Below the pieces are notes generated by a model. The model was not told the origin of the DNA, made no database searches, and saw nothing but the letters and a program-made list of their open reading frames with translations. Position numbers and translations under genes: made by a program. Of a stretch of DNA of 64,000 bases, positions 39,031 to 50,304 are shown in pieces. Numbering within the stretch: position 1 is the first letter of the stretch; each line of letters begins with the position of its first letter. Source of the stretch: Acidimicrobiia bacterium (lineage in GTDB: Bacteria > Actinomycetota > Acidimicrobiia > Spongiisociales > ZC4RG35); contig JBBDML010000028.1 of assembly GCA_040878345.1 (NCBI GenBank), positions 914-64,913 of the forward strand. The letters run 5' to 3'.

Positions 39031-42000
39031 TGCCGGGCCGTGGTGATATACGGTCGATCCTCCTCATCGGCTCGGGCCCGATCATCATCGGCCAGGCCGC
39101 CGAGTTCGACTACTCGGGGACGCAGGCGGCCAAGGTGTTGAGGAGCCAGGGTTATCGGGTGGTCCTGGTCAATTCCAACCCGGCCACCATCATGACCGAC
39201 CCCGAGTTCGCCGACGCCACCTACATCGAGCCGATCACCCCCGAGGTGGTGACCGAGATAATCGCCCGCGAGCGCCCCGATGCGCTCCTGCCCACCATCG
39301 GGGGTCAGACCGCGCTCAACATCGCCGCCGATCTGGCGCGGAGGGGCGTCCTCGATCGCTACGGGGTCGAGATGATCGGGGCCGGCCCCGAGGCCATCGA
39401 CCGGGCCGAGGATCGCGGCCAGTTCAAAGAGACCATGGAGTCGATCGGGCTCGAGGTGCCCAGATCCGGTTACGCCCGCTCGATGGGGGAGGCTCTCAAG
39501 ATCGCCGGCGAGATCGGCTTCCCGGTCATGGTCAGGCCGTCGTTCATCCTCGGAGGAGGCGGCACCGGGATCGCGCACGACGAGGACGAGTTCCTCGAGG
39601 TGGCCCGGCATGGCCTGTCGACCTCACCGGTGGGGGAGATCCTTGTGGAGGAATCGGTGCTGGGATGGAAAGAGTTCGAGTTGGAGGTGATGCGCGACTC
39701 GGCCGGGAATGCCGTCATCGTCTGCTCCATCGAGAACTTCGACCCCATGGGGGTGCACACCGGCGATTCGATCACTGTGGCGCCGATCCAGACCCTCTCC
39801 GACCGCGAGTACCAGGAGATGCGTGACGACGGGATCAGGATCCTGGAGGCCATAGGAGTGGCGACCGGGGGGTCGAACGTCCAGTTTGCCGTGGATCCGG
39901 CCACCGGTAGGCGGCTGGTCATCGAGATGAACCCCCGGGTGTCGCGATCGTCCGCCCTGGCCTCCAAGGCCACCGGGTTCCCCATCGCCAAGATCGCCGC
40001 CCTCCTCGCCGTTGGCTTCACCCTCGACGAGATCGCCAACGACATCACCGGGGCCACACCGGCGTCATTCGAGCCAGCCCTCGACTACGTGGTGGTAAAG
40101 GTGCCCAGGTTCGACTTCGCCAAGTTCCCGACGGCTCCCACCAAGCTGGGGACATCGATGAGGAGTGTCGGTGAGGCGATGGCCATCGGCAGGACCTTCC
40201 CCGAAGCCCTACAGAAGGCTCTGCGCAGCCTCGAGAACGGCCGGGCGGGGCTCAACGCCGACCCCGCCGAGGAGACTCTCAAGCGTGTCGACCGCCACGA
40301 GCTGGCAGAGATGGTCACGGTGGCCCGGCCGGAGCGGGTCTTCGCCATCGGGGAAGCATTGCGTCGCGGATGGGAGATCGATGAGGTGGCCCGCCTCTCC
40401 GGTGTCGATCCCTGGTTCATCGATCAGATGGCGGCGATCGTCGAGGTCCGGGGCCTCGTCGAGACGGACCGGGGCATCGATGCCCTGCGCCAGGCCAAGA
40501 GACACGGGTTCTCCGACCGTCAGATCGCTCATCTGTGGGGCATGGAGGAAGAAGAGGTCCGTGACCGGCGAATCGAGGACGGGATCGTCACCACCTTCAA
40601 GACAGTGGACACCTGCGCCGCCGAGTTCGAGGCCTCCACGCCCTACATGTACGGCACCTTCGAGGACGAGAGCGAGGTCCGACCCACCGATCGGCCGAGG
40701 GTCATCGTCCTTGGCTCCGGCCCCAATCGGATCGGCCAGGGCATCGAGTTCGACTATTGCTGTGTGCACGCCAGCTATGCCCTGAAAAAAGCCGGGTATG
40801 AGACCGTGATGGTCAATTGCAACCCCGAGACGGTCTCCACCGACTACGACACTTCCGACCGCCTCTACTTCGAGCCGCTCACCATCGAGGACGTCCTTGC
40901 GGTGATCGATGCCGAGCAGCCCGTGGCCGTGGTGGTGCAACTGGGGGGCCAGACACCCCTCAACCTGGCACTGTCCCTGTCAAAGGCCGGCGTGAGGATC
41001 GCCGGTACAACACCTCAATCGATCGCACTCGCCGAGGACCGCGAGCAGTTCGCCGAGATCTGCCGCAATCTCGGGATCAAGCAGCCGCCTGCCGGGTCCG
41101 CCTCATCGGCGGCCGAGGCCGAAGACGTCGTCGACTACATCGGGCTCCCCGTCATGGTCCGTCCCTCGTTCGTCCTCGGCGGGCGCAAGATGCGTGTGGT
41201 TTACAGCCTGGAAGAGCTGGCCCGGTACGTGAGGGAGATATATGGGGAGGACGACCCCGAGATCACCGGCAACCCGATTCTCATCGACCGTTTTCTCGAG
41301 TCGGCGGTCGAAGTCGATGTCGACGCGGTTTACGACGGCAAGGAGCTCTTGGTCGGCGGCGTCATGGAGCACGTCGAGGAGGCGGGGATCCACTCTGGCG
41401 ACTCCGCTTGTGTCACCCCGCCGCCAACCATCTCCGACGAGGCGATGAAGGAGATACTCCATGTAACCCGGGAGCTGTCACAAGCCCTCGAGGTCAGGGG
41501 GTTGATCAACATCCAGTTCGCGGTGAAGGGCTCGGATGTTTTTGTCCTAGAGGCCAATCCCCGGGCGAGCCGGACCGTTCCCTTCATCTCCAAGGCGAAG
41601 GCCATCCCCCTGGCCAGCATCGCGGCTCGCGTGATTATGGGGGCCAGCATCGAAGAGCTTCGTGAGGAGGGCCTGGTCCCGACGGTCGGGACCCGAGGGT
41701 TCGTAGCCGTCAAGGATGCGGTCCTTCCGTGGGAGCGCTTCCCCGAGGAGGACTCGGTTCTCGGTCCCGAGATGAAGGCCACTGGCGAGGTCATGGGGAT
41801 CGGTGAGGACGTTGGGACTGCGTTCGGCAAGGCTCTGCTGGCTGCCGGGCATGCTCTCCCCGACCGGGGCCGGGTCTTCCTCTCCTTCGCCGACCGCGAC
41901 AAGCCGATGGGGCTGGCGGTGGCCCAGGCCTTTGTGATGCTCGGCTTCGAGTTGGTGGCGACTCAAGGCACCGCCCGATACCTGGGGCATCACGCCGTTG

Positions 42001-42266
42001 ATGCCGAGCGGGTGCACAAGGTGGGGGAGGGGCCACGCGACATCGGCGAGCGACTCGAGAACGGTGAGATCAACCTGGTCATCAACACCCCTCGTGGTGG
42101 TCGGGCCCGATCCGACGGGTCGGCGATAAGACGTGCCGCCAGAATCCACTCCGTCCCCTGCGTGACGACCATCCAGGGCGCCCTCGCCGTGGCGAGAAGC
42201 CTGCGCAGCGGCCCCGGGGCCATCGCCCGACCCAGGAGTCTCCAGGAATGGCATCGATCGACCTGA
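39030..42266 (+). CDS. carB: carbamoyl-phosphate synthase large subunit
   Basis: 1078 aa with duplicated ATP-grasp halves and an MGS-like C-terminus. Confidence 0.98.
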   Translation: MPGRGDIRSILLIGSGPIIIGQAAEFDYSGTQAAKVLRSQGYRVVLVNSNPATIMTDPEFADATYIEPITPEVVTEIIARERPDALLPTIGGQTALNIAADLARRGVLDRYGVEMIGAGPEAIDRAEDRGQFKETMESIGLEVPRSGYARSMGEALKIAGEIGFPVMVRPSFILGGGGTGIAHDEDEFLEVARHGLSTSPVGEILVEESVLGWKEFELEVMRDSAGNAVIVCSIENFDPMGVHTGDSITVAPIQTLSDREYQEMRDDGIRILEAIGVATGGSNVQFAVDPATGRRLVIEMNPRVSRSSALASKATGFPIAKIAALLAVGFTLDEIANDITGATPASFEPALDYVVVKVPRFDFAKFPTAPTKLGTSMRSVGEAMAIGRTFPEALQKALRSLENGRAGLNADPAEETLKRVDRHELAEMVTVARPERVFAIGEALRRGWEIDEVARLSGVDPWFIDQMAAIVEVRGLVETDRGIDALRQAKRHGFSDRQIAHLWGMEEEEVRDRRIEDGIVTTFKTVDTCAAEFEASTPYMYGTFEDESEVRPTDRPRVIVLGSGPNRIGQGIEFDYCCVHASYALKKAGYETVMVNCNPETVSTDYDTSDRLYFEPLTIEDVLAVIDAEQPVAVVVQLGGQTPLNLALSLSKAGVRIAGTTPQSIALAEDREQFAEICRNLGIKQPPAGSASSAAEAEDVVDYIGLPVMVRPSFVLGGRKMRVVYSLEELARYVREIYGEDDPEITGNPILIDRFLESAVEVDVDAVYDGKELLVGGVMEHVEEAGIHSGDSACVTPPPTISDEAMKEILHVTRELSQALEVRGLINIQFAVKGSDVFVLEANPRASRTVPFISKAKAIPLASIAARVIMGASIEELREEGLVPTVGTRGFVAVKDAVLPWERFPEEDSVLGPEMKATGEVMGIGEDVGTAFGKALLAAGHALPDRGRVFLSFADRDKPMGLAVAQAFVMLGFELVATQGTARYLGHHAVDAERVHKVGEGPRDIGERLENGEINLVINTPRGGRARSDGSAIRRAARIHSVPCVTTIQGALAVARSLRSGPGAIARPRSLQEWHRST

Positions 42267-43165
42267 CCACCCCGCTGGGTCCGATGAGGCTGAGGTCACC
42301 TCTGATCGCGGCCTCCGGGACCGTGGGGTCGGTTTGGGAGTGGGCGGAAGTCGCCGACGTCACCCGTTTCGGGGCTGCGGTGGCCAAGTCGGTGGCCCCG
42401 GAGCCTTGGTCGGGGCGGCCAGCCCCGAGGCTGGCCCCCCTGGCCACCGGGATGATCAACGGCGTCGGGATTCAGAACCCGGGCATCGCAACCTGGGTGC
42501 AGGACATGAGCCCCAGACTCGGTGGTCTCGGGGTCCCGGTGTGGGGGTCGGCGGTCGCCGGCGATGCGGCCGGTTTCTCCCTGGTGGCAAAGGAGCTGGC
42601 CTCTGCCGGGGTCACCGCGGTGGAAGTCAACCTCTCCTGTCCCAACCTCGACGACGGGATCATGTTCTCGTTCGACTCCCGCCGGAGCCGCGAGGTCATC
42701 GAAGCAGTTAGCGCCGCCACGACTCTGCCGGTGGGGGCCAAGTTGTCGCCCAACACCCCGGACCTGATCGATGTCGCCGGGGCCTGTCTGGGCGCCGGTG
42801 CCGCCTTCCTGGTGCTGACCAACACCGTCCTTGGGTTTGGAGTCGACACCCGGACCCGACGCCCGCTGATCAGCGGAGGGGTGGGGGGTTATAGCGGGCC
42901 CGGTCTCAAACCGCTGGCGTTGCGATGTGTCCACGAGGTGGCCGTCGAGTTCCCCGATGCCACCATTGTGGGGTGCGGCGGAATCCTCACCGGTGACGAC
43001 GTCGTCGAGTATCTGATGGCGGGGGCCTCCGCGGTCGAATTGGGGACCGTCCTCCTGGCCGAGCCACGAGCCGGAGCCCGTATCACTCGCGAGTTGACCG
43101 CGACCATGGCTGACCTGGGGGCGACATCGGTGGCAGATCTGGTGAGGAGCGTCGAACCATGGTGA
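42248..43165 (+). CDS. pyrD: dihydroorotate dehydrogenase, class 1 type (Cys active-site base)
   Basis: SGTVG, NLSCPN and [24 protein letters not shown] motifs. There is no N-terminal membrane helix and no adjacent pyrK. Confidence 0.88.
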   Translation: MASIDLTTPLGPMRLRSPLIAASGTVGSVWEWAEVADVTRFGAAVAKSVAPEPWSGRPAPRLAPLATGMINGVGIQNPGIATWVQDMSPRLGGLGVPVWGSAVAGDAAGFSLVAKELASAGVTAVEVNLSCPNLDDGIMFSFDSRRSREVIEAVSAATTLPVGAKLSPNTPDLIDVAGACLGAGAAFLVLTNTVLGFGVDTRTRRPLISGGVGGYSGPGLKPLALRCVHEVAVEFPDATIVGCGGILTGDDVVEYLMAGASAVELGTVLLAEPRAGARITRELTATMADLGATSVADLVRSVEPW

Positions 43166-43839
43166 GCCCAATCCTGCTCGCACTGGACTTCCCCACGGTG
43201 AGCGAGGCCCATGAGATGGCCTCCGTGATGGCACCTCACGTGGGGGGCTTCAAGGTCGGTCTCGCGCTGCTCCTTGGGGAGGGTCGAGGTGCAATACAGC
43301 AGATCGCCCGCCTGGGCCTGCCGGTGTTCGCCGATGCCAAGCTGCACGACATCCCCAACACCGTTGAGGCCGCGGCCCGCGCACTGGCCGGCCAGGGGGC
43401 GCGTTGGGTCACGGTTCACGCCGGTGGTGGCAGGCGAATGGTCGAGGCGGCCGTCGGCGGGCTCGGGGATGGTCTCGATGGTCGCCCGGCCGGAGTCCTC
43501 GTGGTCACGGTCCTCACCTCCCTCGACGACGGCGATCTTCGTGCGACCGGTGTGAGCCGGGCAGTCGGGGACCAGGTGGCTGCCATGGCCGATCTCGCCG
43601 CCAATGCCGGTGCAGAAGGAGTGATCTGCCCTCCTGCCGCCATCGGGCGGGTAAAAGAGGTGGCGCCCCAACTCACCGTGGTGGTGCCCGGTCTGAGGAT
43701 TGACGACGACTGGCACGACCAAAAGCAGGTGGGGTCTCCGCTCGAGGCGCTCGCCGCCGGGGCCGACTATCTGGTGATGGGCCGGGCCATCACCAGGGCA
43801 GCGGACCCCCTCCTCGCTGTCGCCCGAGCGCTGGCATAG
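43159..43839 (+). CDS. pyrF: orotidine 5'-phosphate decarboxylase
   Basis: LALD and FADAKLHDIPNT motifs. Confidence 0.94.
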   Translation: MVSPILLALDFPTVSEAHEMASVMAPHVGGFKVGLALLLGEGRGAIQQIARLGLPVFADAKLHDIPNTVEAAARALAGQGARWVTVHAGGGRRMVEAAVGGLGDGLDGRPAGVLVVTVLTSLDDGDLRATGVSRAVGDQVAAMADLAANAGAEGVICPPAAIGRVKEVAPQLTVVVPGLRIDDDWHDQKQVGSPLEALAAGADYLVMGRAITRAADPLLAVARALA

Positions 43840-43863
43840 CTCGCCGAGGGGCAACCCAAGGGT

Positions 43864-45135
43864 GTGGAGCCGCCAGAGACCGCTACCTTCCACCTGGCGA
43901 GTCTGTCGATGGAGACGATGATGGGCCAACCAGTGAGGACCGAGCCAAAGTCGCGCCGCGTCCGAATGCATGAGTGCCTGGCCCCGCTCATCGCCTACTT
44001 CAACGGCCCCTACACCCGGTTCAACGAACAGCCTGGCATGGCGAATTTCGCCGTGGGCAACCCCCAGGACATGGCGATGCCGGACTACGTGTCCTCACTG
44101 CGAAGACATCTCGAACCGAGGGACCCCCACTGGTTCGGGTACAAGTTCTCGGAGCCGGAGGCGAGGAGAACCGTCGCCGAAGGGCTCTCGCAGGCCACCG
44201 GGATGGCGTGGGACCCCGACGACGTGGCGATGACCAACGGCGGTTTCGGTGCCCTTGCGGTGGCACTGAGGTCGGTCGTCGACCCGGGCGACGAAGTCAT
44301 CTATCTCTCGCCCCCGTGGTTCTTCTACGAGCTCCTGACACTGGCTGCCGGAGGGGAGCCGGTGCCCGTGCCATTACGGCCTCCGCGCTTCGACGTCGAT
44401 CTGGGGCTGGTCGAGTCGGCGATCGGCGATCGGACCCGGGCCATCATCTTCAACAACCCTCAGAACCCGAGCGGCCGGGTCTACCCGCGGGAGTTGATCG
44501 TCTCGATGTCGGAGATGCTCATCGAGGCCTCCGAACGGGTGGGTCATCCCCTCTGGGTTATATCAGATGAGCCCTACAAGAAGATCCTCTTCGATGCCTG
44601 TGAGTTCCACAGCCCGGCCCAGCACTATCCCCACACCCTCGTCACCTACTCGTATGGGAAGACGCTGCTGGCACCCGGTCAGCGGATCGGCTATCTGACG
44701 GTACCCCCCTCTTTGCCGGAGGCACAGCGGGCGACCCTGCGTCGGGAGATCTTCGTCCAACAGACCGCCACCGGGTATGCCTTCCCCAATGCGCTGCTCC
44801 AGCATGCCCTGCCCGAGCTGGAGCAACTCTCAATCGATGTCGGCGTGCTGGAGAAGCGACGCGACCGGCTGGTCCCGGCGTTGCGCGAGATGGGGTACGA
44901 GGCCTCCATGCCGGAAGGGACTTTCTACGTAATGGCCCGCTCGCCGATCCCCGACGATGTGCTGTTCGCCGAGGTGCTTGGCCGCCATGGGGTGCTGGTC
45001 TTGCCGGGCACGATCGTGGAGACTCCGGGATGGTTCCGGCTCAGCCTGACCGCCTCCGATGAGATGGTGGACGACGGGATCCCTCGTTTCGCCGCGGCGT
45101 TGGACGAGATGCTGGGCGATCATCGGGACGCCTGA
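43864..45135 (+). CDS. class I/II PLP-dependent aminotransferase
   Basis: NFAVGNPQDMAMPDYV, NNPQNPSG and YSYGKTLLAPGQRIGY (the PLP lysine). The start is uncertain, with candidates at 43864, 43909 and 43966. Confidence 0.85.
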   Translation: MEPPETATFHLASLSMETMMGQPVRTEPKSRRVRMHECLAPLIAYFNGPYTRFNEQPGMANFAVGNPQDMAMPDYVSSLRRHLEPRDPHWFGYKFSEPEARRTVAEGLSQATGMAWDPDDVAMTNGGFGALAVALRSVVDPGDEVIYLSPPWFFYELLTLAAGGEPVPVPLRPPRFDVDLGLVESAIGDRTRAIIFNNPQNPSGRVYPRELIVSMSEMLIEASERVGHPLWVISDEPYKKILFDACEFHSPAQHYPHTLVTYSYGKTLLAPGQRIGYLTVPPSLPEAQRATLRREIFVQQTATGYAFPNALLQHALPELEQLSIDVGVLEKRRDRLVPALREMGYEASMPEGTFYVMARSPIPDDVLFAEVLGRHGVLVLPGTIVETPGWFRLSLTASDEMVDDGIPRFAAALDEMLGDHRDA

Positions 45136-45206
45136 GAGAACCCCCCCGGCCCGCATCGTTGGCTATGGTCGGGGGCGCGGGCGCCGTAGCGAGGAGACGG
45201 AGACCC

Positions 45207-45521
45207 ATGGCACAGCCACCACAGTTGACCGAAGAACAGCGCAGGAAGGCCCTGGAGAGGGCCGCGGAGGCCCGTCGGGTCCGGGCCGAGGCAAAAGAGC
45301 TGCTCAAGACAGGGTCGATGCGGCTCTCGGAGCTGTTCACCCGAGCGGAGACCGACGACCTGATCGCCGGTTTGAAGGTCGAATCCCTGATCGCAGCCAT
45401 GCCCGGCACCGGGAAGATCAAGGCGAAGAGACTGATGGAGTCGCTCGGTATCGCAGAGAACCGGAGAATCCGGGGGCTCGGAGCCAAGCAGAAGGAGGCA
45501 CTCCTCGTCGAGTTCTCCTGA
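45207..45521 (+). CDS. mihF: integration host factor, actinobacterial type (mIHF)
   Basis: The sequence is MAQPPQLTEEQRRKALERAAEARRVRAEAKELLKTG... GGAG lies upstream of ATG 45207. The position before rpoZ/coaBC/metK matches other actinobacteria. Confidence 0.85.
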   Translation: MAQPPQLTEEQRRKALERAAEARRVRAEAKELLKTGSMRLSELFTRAETDDLIAGLKVESLIAAMPGTGKIKAKRLMESLGIAENRRIRGLGAKQKEALLVEFS

Positions 45522-45522
45522 G

Positions 45523-46086
45523 TTGATCATCACCATCTCGGGCAGGCCCGGCTCGGGGAAGAGCCTGGTGGCGACGAGGGTGGCGAGCGAGCTCGGGGTT
45601 CGTCACGTTTCGGCCGGGGACTTCATGCGAAGCATGGCGGAGGAGCGCGGGGTGTCCATCCTCGAGCTGTCTCGATCGGCCGAGGAGCATGATGCCATCG
45701 ACTGGGAGATCGACGCCCGTTCGGCGCGACTCTCAGACGAAGGGGGAAGCTTCGTCATGGACGCCCGGCTCGGCTGGCGCTTCGTCCCGCAATCGATCAA
45801 GGTGTTCCTCGAGGTCCGTCCCGAGGTGGCAGCCCGTCGAATCTTCGGAGCGGCACGTGGTGCTGAGCACGAGAATGTGGACCTGGAGTCGACTCTCGAG
45901 GCCATAGAGGCGAGGTCGCAGTCCGAGACCGAGCGCTACCTCAGCTACTACGGGATCGATTACACCGATCACAGCCATTACGACCTGGTGATCGACACCT
46001 CCGACCTGATGCCGGAGGCCGTGGTGGGGCTGGTTCTCGAGCACGTGCGGTCACGCGAAGCTGGTCAGAGACACGGACTGCGGTAG
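45523..46086 (+). CDS. archaeal-type cytidylate kinase-like P-loop kinase
   Basis: TTG start. The N-terminus (M)IITISGRPGSGKSLVATRVASELGVRHVSAGDFMR plus ...ERYLSYYGIDYTDHSHYDLVIDTS matches the archaeal/short CMP kinase family pattern as I recall it. It has none of the Gmk motifs. Confidence 0.7.
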   Translation: MIITISGRPGSGKSLVATRVASELGVRHVSAGDFMRSMAEERGVSILELSRSAEEHDAIDWEIDARSARLSDEGGSFVMDARLGWRFVPQSIKVFLEVRPEVAARRIFGAARGAEHENVDLESTLEAIEARSQSETERYLSYYGIDYTDHSHYDLVIDTSDLMPEAVVGLVLEHVRSREAGQRHGLR

Positions 46087-46116
46087 CCTTACACCCACAC
46101 CTACAACACAGGAATC

Positions 46117-46338
46117 ATGAAGCTCGAAGACGTCATCGATCAGATCGGCAACCGGTTCGCCACGGTGGTGGTCTCGGCCCGCCGTGCGCGTCAGATCAAC
46201 AGCTACTTCCACCAGCTCGGGGTGGGTTACGGCGAGTTCGTGCCTCCACAGGTCCACTCTCTCTCCCGCAAGCCCCTGACCATTGCCATGGAGGAGATCG
46301 CCGAGGGCAAGGTCGCTGTCGAGTCTGTCGAGGAGTAA
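46117..46338 (+). CDS. rpoZ: DNA-directed RNA polymerase subunit omega
   Basis: 73 aa with IGNRFATVVVSARRARQIN. Confidence 0.9.
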   Translation: MKLEDVIDQIGNRFATVVVSARRARQINSYFHQLGVGYGEFVPPQVHSLSRKPLTIAMEEIAEGKVAVESVEE

Positions 46339-47516
46339 TGCTCAGGGGCAGGCGGGTCCTGCTCGCCGTGACCGGGGGCGTTGCCGCCTATAAGTCGGCC
46401 ATCCTGGCCCGTCGTCTCGTCGAGAGCGGTGCCGAGCTCAAGGTGATGCTCACCGATTCGGCCCTCGAGTTCATCGGAGCCCAGACCTTTGCCGCCATCA
46501 CCGGGGAGCAGCCTCACACCTCGCTGTTCGGCCGGCCCGACGTATCGCCACACACCGACCTCGCGCGGTGGTGCGAGCTCGTGGTCGTCGCACCGGCGAC
46601 AGCGGCCACCATCGGGAAGGTCGCCGCCGGCCTATCGAGTGATCTCGTCTCCGCGACCCTCCTCGCCACCACCGCCCCGGTCCTGGTGGCGCCGGCGATG
46701 CACACCGAGATGTGGGAGCACCCGGCCACCCGGCGGAACATCGCCACCCTCGAGAGCTTCGGTTATCACTTCGTGGGCCCAGAGACCGGCGCGCTCGCCG
46801 GTGGAGACACCGGGACGGGCAGGGTCTCGGAGCCGGAGGCGATCCTCGAGGCCATCGAGAGTGTTCTCGCACCGGCCGAGTCGTCCCTCAGGGTCCTGGT
46901 CACAGCCGGCGGGACCAGGGAACCCATCGACCCGGTGCGCTACCTGGGGAACCGGTCATCGGGCAAGATGGGCCACGCCATCGCCGATGAGGCGGCACGT
47001 CGAGGTTGTCAAGTGACCCTGGTGACCACGTCGGCAATCCCTGCCCATCCTGCGGTGAAGGTGGTGACGGTCGAGACTGCGCAGGAGATGCTGGAAGCGG
47101 TCGATGGGACCGACACCGACCTGGCCGTGATGGCCGCCGCGGTTGCCGACTTCCGCCCGACCAAGACCGCGCCCTCCAAGATCTCGAGGTCCGACGGCCT
47201 CGAGTCGATCGACCTGGCGGCCACGCCCGACATCCTGGCATCGGTGGTCGCCCGCGAACCGCGCCCTTTCGTCATCGGATTCGCCGCCGAGACCGGGGAC
47301 CCGGAGAGGGCAGTGGCCAAGGCGCAGCGCAAGGGTGTCGACCTCCTGGTGTACAACGACGTCACCGAACCAGGCTCGGGTTTCGGCACCGACACCAACC
47401 GGGTGGTGTTGATCGACGGTGCCGGGGCGAGAGAGTCCTGGCCCCTGTTGGCCAAGAGCGAAGTGGCGTCTCGTCTCCTCGATCGTGCCCTGGCCGACCT
47501 CGGCGAACGGGGTTAA
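46338..47516 (+). CDS. coaBC: bifunctional phosphopantothenoylcysteine decarboxylase / phosphopantothenate-cysteine ligase
   Basis: 392 aa with a flavoprotein N-terminus (VTGGVAAYK) and a DFP C-terminus ([10 protein letters not shown]-like [17 protein letters not shown]). Confidence 0.95.
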   Translation: MLRGRRVLLAVTGGVAAYKSAILARRLVESGAELKVMLTDSALEFIGAQTFAAITGEQPHTSLFGRPDVSPHTDLARWCELVVVAPATAATIGKVAAGLSSDLVSATLLATTAPVLVAPAMHTEMWEHPATRRNIATLESFGYHFVGPETGALAGGDTGTGRVSEPEAILEAIESVLAPAESSLRVLVTAGGTREPIDPVRYLGNRSSGKMGHAIADEAARRGCQVTLVTTSAIPAHPAVKVVTVETAQEMLEAVDGTDTDLAVMAAAVADFRPTKTAPSKISRSDGLESIDLAATPDILASVVAREPRPFVIGFAAETGDPERAVAKAQRKGVDLLVYNDVTEPGSGFGTDTNRVVLIDGAGARESWPLLAKSEVASRLLDRALADLGERG

Positions 47517-47529
47517 CCTCGCTCATCTC

Positions 47530-48669
47530 ATGAGGACCTCCTACTTCACGTCGGAGTCGGTCACCGAAGGGCATCCAGACAAGGTCGCCGACGCCATATC
47601 CGACTCGGTCCTCGACGCCGCCCTCAGGATCGACCCGCGAGCCCGTGTCGCCTGCGAGGTCTTCGTGACGACCAGGCTGGCAGTGGTCGGAGGCGAGATC
47701 ACGGCAAATGGCGACCTGCCCATCGAGCCGATCGTCCGCGAGACCATCAACCGCATCGGCTACGACGGGTTCGACTCCGACTTCGACGGCTCGACCGTGG
47801 AAGTGCTGAACCGGGTCGACGAGCAGAGCCCGGATATCGCAGAAGGAGTCGATCGGGAGCTTGGTGCCGGCGACCAGGGTCTCATGTTCGGCTTCGCGGT
47901 CAGGGAGACCGAAGAATTGATGCCGTTGCCGATATACCTGGCTCATCGCCTGGCGGAGCGTCTCGCTGAGGTTCGCAAGACGGGCAAGCTCGACTATCTG
48001 CGACCCGATGGCAAGACCCAGGTGATGGTGCGGTACGAGGGTCAGACTCCGGTGGCGGTGGAGAAGGTCCTGATCTCCACCCACCACTCCGAGGACGTGA
48101 AGACCGAGGACATGGAGCCGGATATACGGGACCTGGTGGTCTCGGAAGTGATACCGGCGGGGATGGTCTCGCCGTCGTTCGAGTTCATCTTCAACCCCAG
48201 TGGGCGTTTCGTCGTCGGGGGCCCGGTCGCCGACACTGGGCTCACAGGACGCAAGATCATCGTTGACACCTATGGGGGCTATGCCCGCCATGGAGGCGGG
48301 GCGTTCTCGGGCAAGGACGCCACCAAAGTCGACAGGTCGGCGGGCTATGCCGCCAGGTGGGCGGCCAAAAACCTGGTGGCCGCAGGGGTGGCCGACCGGC
48401 TCGAGATACAGGTCTCATACGCCATCGGGAGGGCCGAGCCGTTCTCGATCGACATCCAAACGTTCGGGACCGAGGTGATCGACCCAGCCAGCATCGTCCG
48501 GGTTGTAGAGAGTGTGTTCGATTTTCGCCCCGCTGCCATCATCGAGAGTCTGGAGCTGACCCGACCGATCTTCGCCTCGACTGCAGCTTATGGTCACTTC
48601 GGCCGACCCGGTTTTGCGTGGGAGCGGCTCAACCGAGTGGAGGAGATCCGGTCGGCGGCGGGTCTCTGA
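47530..48669 (+). CDS. metK: S-adenosylmethionine synthetase
   Basis: [13 protein letters not shown] and [10 protein letters not shown] motifs. I trimmed the track ORF (47419) to the in-frame ATG at 47530. Confidence 0.97.
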   Translation: MRTSYFTSESVTEGHPDKVADAISDSVLDAALRIDPRARVACEVFVTTRLAVVGGEITANGDLPIEPIVRETINRIGYDGFDSDFDGSTVEVLNRVDEQSPDIAEGVDRELGAGDQGLMFGFAVRETEELMPLPIYLAHRLAERLAEVRKTGKLDYLRPDGKTQVMVRYEGQTPVAVEKVLISTHHSEDVKTEDMEPDIRDLVVSEVIPAGMVSPSFEFIFNPSGRFVVGGPVADTGLTGRKIIVDTYGGYARHGGGAFSGKDATKVDRSAGYAARWAAKNLVAAGVADRLEIQVSYAIGRAEPFSIDIQTFGTEVIDPASIVRVVESVFDFRPAAIIESLELTRPIFASTAAYGHFGRPGFAWERLNRVEEIRSAAGL

Positions 48670-50285
48670 CCCGGCCAGCCGCCAGAGTCGTCCCAAACGT
48701 CCCCACCTTCTCGGTCGACGCCGGTTTCTGGTACGCCATACCTGAGCACCTGATGGGTTCGGTTGCGCTGGGATCGGTAGTGCGGGCCCCCCTCTCCGGC
48801 CGGCGAGTGCGGGGGTGGGTCGTCGAGATCGCTGACCGGCCCGCCGAGAGGCTCAAGGAGATCTCCGGGGTCTCAGGCGCGGTCCCGGTCTTCGACAAGG
48901 ACCTGGCCCAGAGCCTGCTGTGGGCAGCCCAGCACTACGTCGCCCCGGTGGCAGCGGTATTGGCCAAGGCCTCTCCGCCCAATCTGCCCCGAGGGCGTGG
49001 GAGTGCGCCAGCGGCTTCGGTGCAGGTCTCCGAGGGCGGCCACCCCCTGGCGACGACGGCTACGTCATCCGCTGTAGGCAAGCGAGTCCCGGTGACCGCG
49101 GTGGTAGGGAGATGGCAGGACCTCGACTGGCTCGAATCGTTGGCTCCGGTGTTGAGTGCCGGGAGGAGCGCGATGGTCCTGGCTGCCACTTCTGCCGAGG
49201 TGGTGGCTATCCACGCCCGGGCGAAGCGGGTTTATGGGGAGCGGGCGCTGGCTGTCTCTGCCGATGATGATGCCGAGCTCACCGGGAGATGGGAACAGGC
49301 TCAGGCACCCGGGCATCTCGTGATCGGGACACCTCGCCTCGCCCTGTGGCAGGTGGCTGATCTGAGTCTCACTGTTGTGTTGGAGGAGGGGAGACGTGCG
49401 ATGAAGGACCGTCAGACACCAACCATCCATGTCAGGGACCTGGTCAGGACCCGCTCCCGCGTCGAGGGCTTCAACACCGTGTTCTTCGGGCCCACACCGA
49501 GCGTCGAGCTGCTGGCTGCCGGCGCCGCGGTGGTGCCGGCTGCCCGACGGCCGTGGGGCCTGGTCGAGGTGGTTGATCGCTCGGGCGAGAGACCCGGGTC
49601 CGGCCTGCTCTCGGACCAGGTGCTCGCCGCCCTGCGGGCGACCGTGGCCGATGCCGGCGAGAAAGCCTTCATCCTCACCGGCCATCGGACGGCACCGAGG
49701 CTTGTCGACGAGATCAATACCCGGGTTGGGGCCGGGGCCTCGGCGGTCTACCCGGGGAAGTCGATCGTCATGGTCGGCACCGAACGGGATATGGCCGGGC
49801 TGGAACCGGTGAGCCTGGTGGTGGCGGCCAATGCCGACGCCCTTTTGATGGGCACGGGGTACCGTGCGGCCGAGGAGGCCCTCCGCCAGCTGGCGCGTCT
49901 GGGGAACATGCTCCGAGCGGGTCGGGGCCGTCGGATGATGATCCAGACCGAGAGCCCGGGCTCCGACCTGGTCCAGACGCTGAGGAGGGGAAACCCGATC
50001 CCTTACCTGGAGAGAGTGCTGGTTGATCGGGCACGCGCCGGTCTACCCCCGTCAACCGAGATGATCGCGATCGAGGTCAGAGGCGATTCGCCCCAGGGGA
50101 TCGAGGACGAGATCGCCGGTCTGGGCGCCTCTGAGGTCTTTGGGCCGATGGCCATGGAGGACGGCCGGCGTTGGCTGCTCGCGGGCAGCCTCACCAATGT
50201 CAGGAAGGACTTGAGAGAGTACGCCGGCCGGTGGAGGGAAAAAGGGGCGACCATCCGGATCGATGCCGACCCGATCGACTTCTGA
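48615..50285 (+). CDS. priA: primosomal protein N' (PriA) homologue with degenerate helicase motifs
   Basis: The N-terminus ([24 protein letters not shown]...[16 protein letters not shown]) is collinear with the PriA 3'-DNA-binding domain, and the RecA-like region is collinear too. The start is unresolved: GTG 48615 overlaps metK, and no ATG/GTG lies between it and the conserved N-terminus (CTG at 48666). Confidence 0.75.
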   Translation, partial: CVGAAQPSGGDPVGGGSLTRPAARVVPNVPTFSVDAGFWYAIPEHLMGSVALGSVVRAPLSGRRVRGWVVEIADRPAERLKEISGVSGAVPVFDKDLAQSLLWAAQHYVAPVAAVLAKASPPNLPRGRGSAPAASVQVSEGGHPLATTATSSAVGKRVPVTAVVGRWQDLDWLESLAPVLSAGRSAMVLAATSAEVVAIHARAKRVYGERALAVSADDDAELTGRWEQAQAPGHLVIGTPRLALWQVADLSLTVVLEEGRRAMKDRQTPTIHVRDLVRTRSRVEGFNTVFFGPTPSVELLAAGAAVVPAARRPWGLVEVVDRSGERPGSGLLSDQVLAALRATVADAGEKAFILTGHRTAPRLVDEINTRVGAGASAVYPGKSIVMVGTERDMAGLEPVSLVVAANADALLMGTGYRAAEEALRQLARLGNMLRAGRGRRMMIQTESPGSDLVQTLRRGNPIPYLERVLVDRARAGLPPSTEMIAIEVRGDSPQGIEDEIAGLGASEVFGPMAMEDGRRWLLAGSLTNVRKDLREYAGRWREKGATIRIDADPIDF

Positions 50286-50304
50286 CCTCCGTCCCTAGAG
50301 TGAG

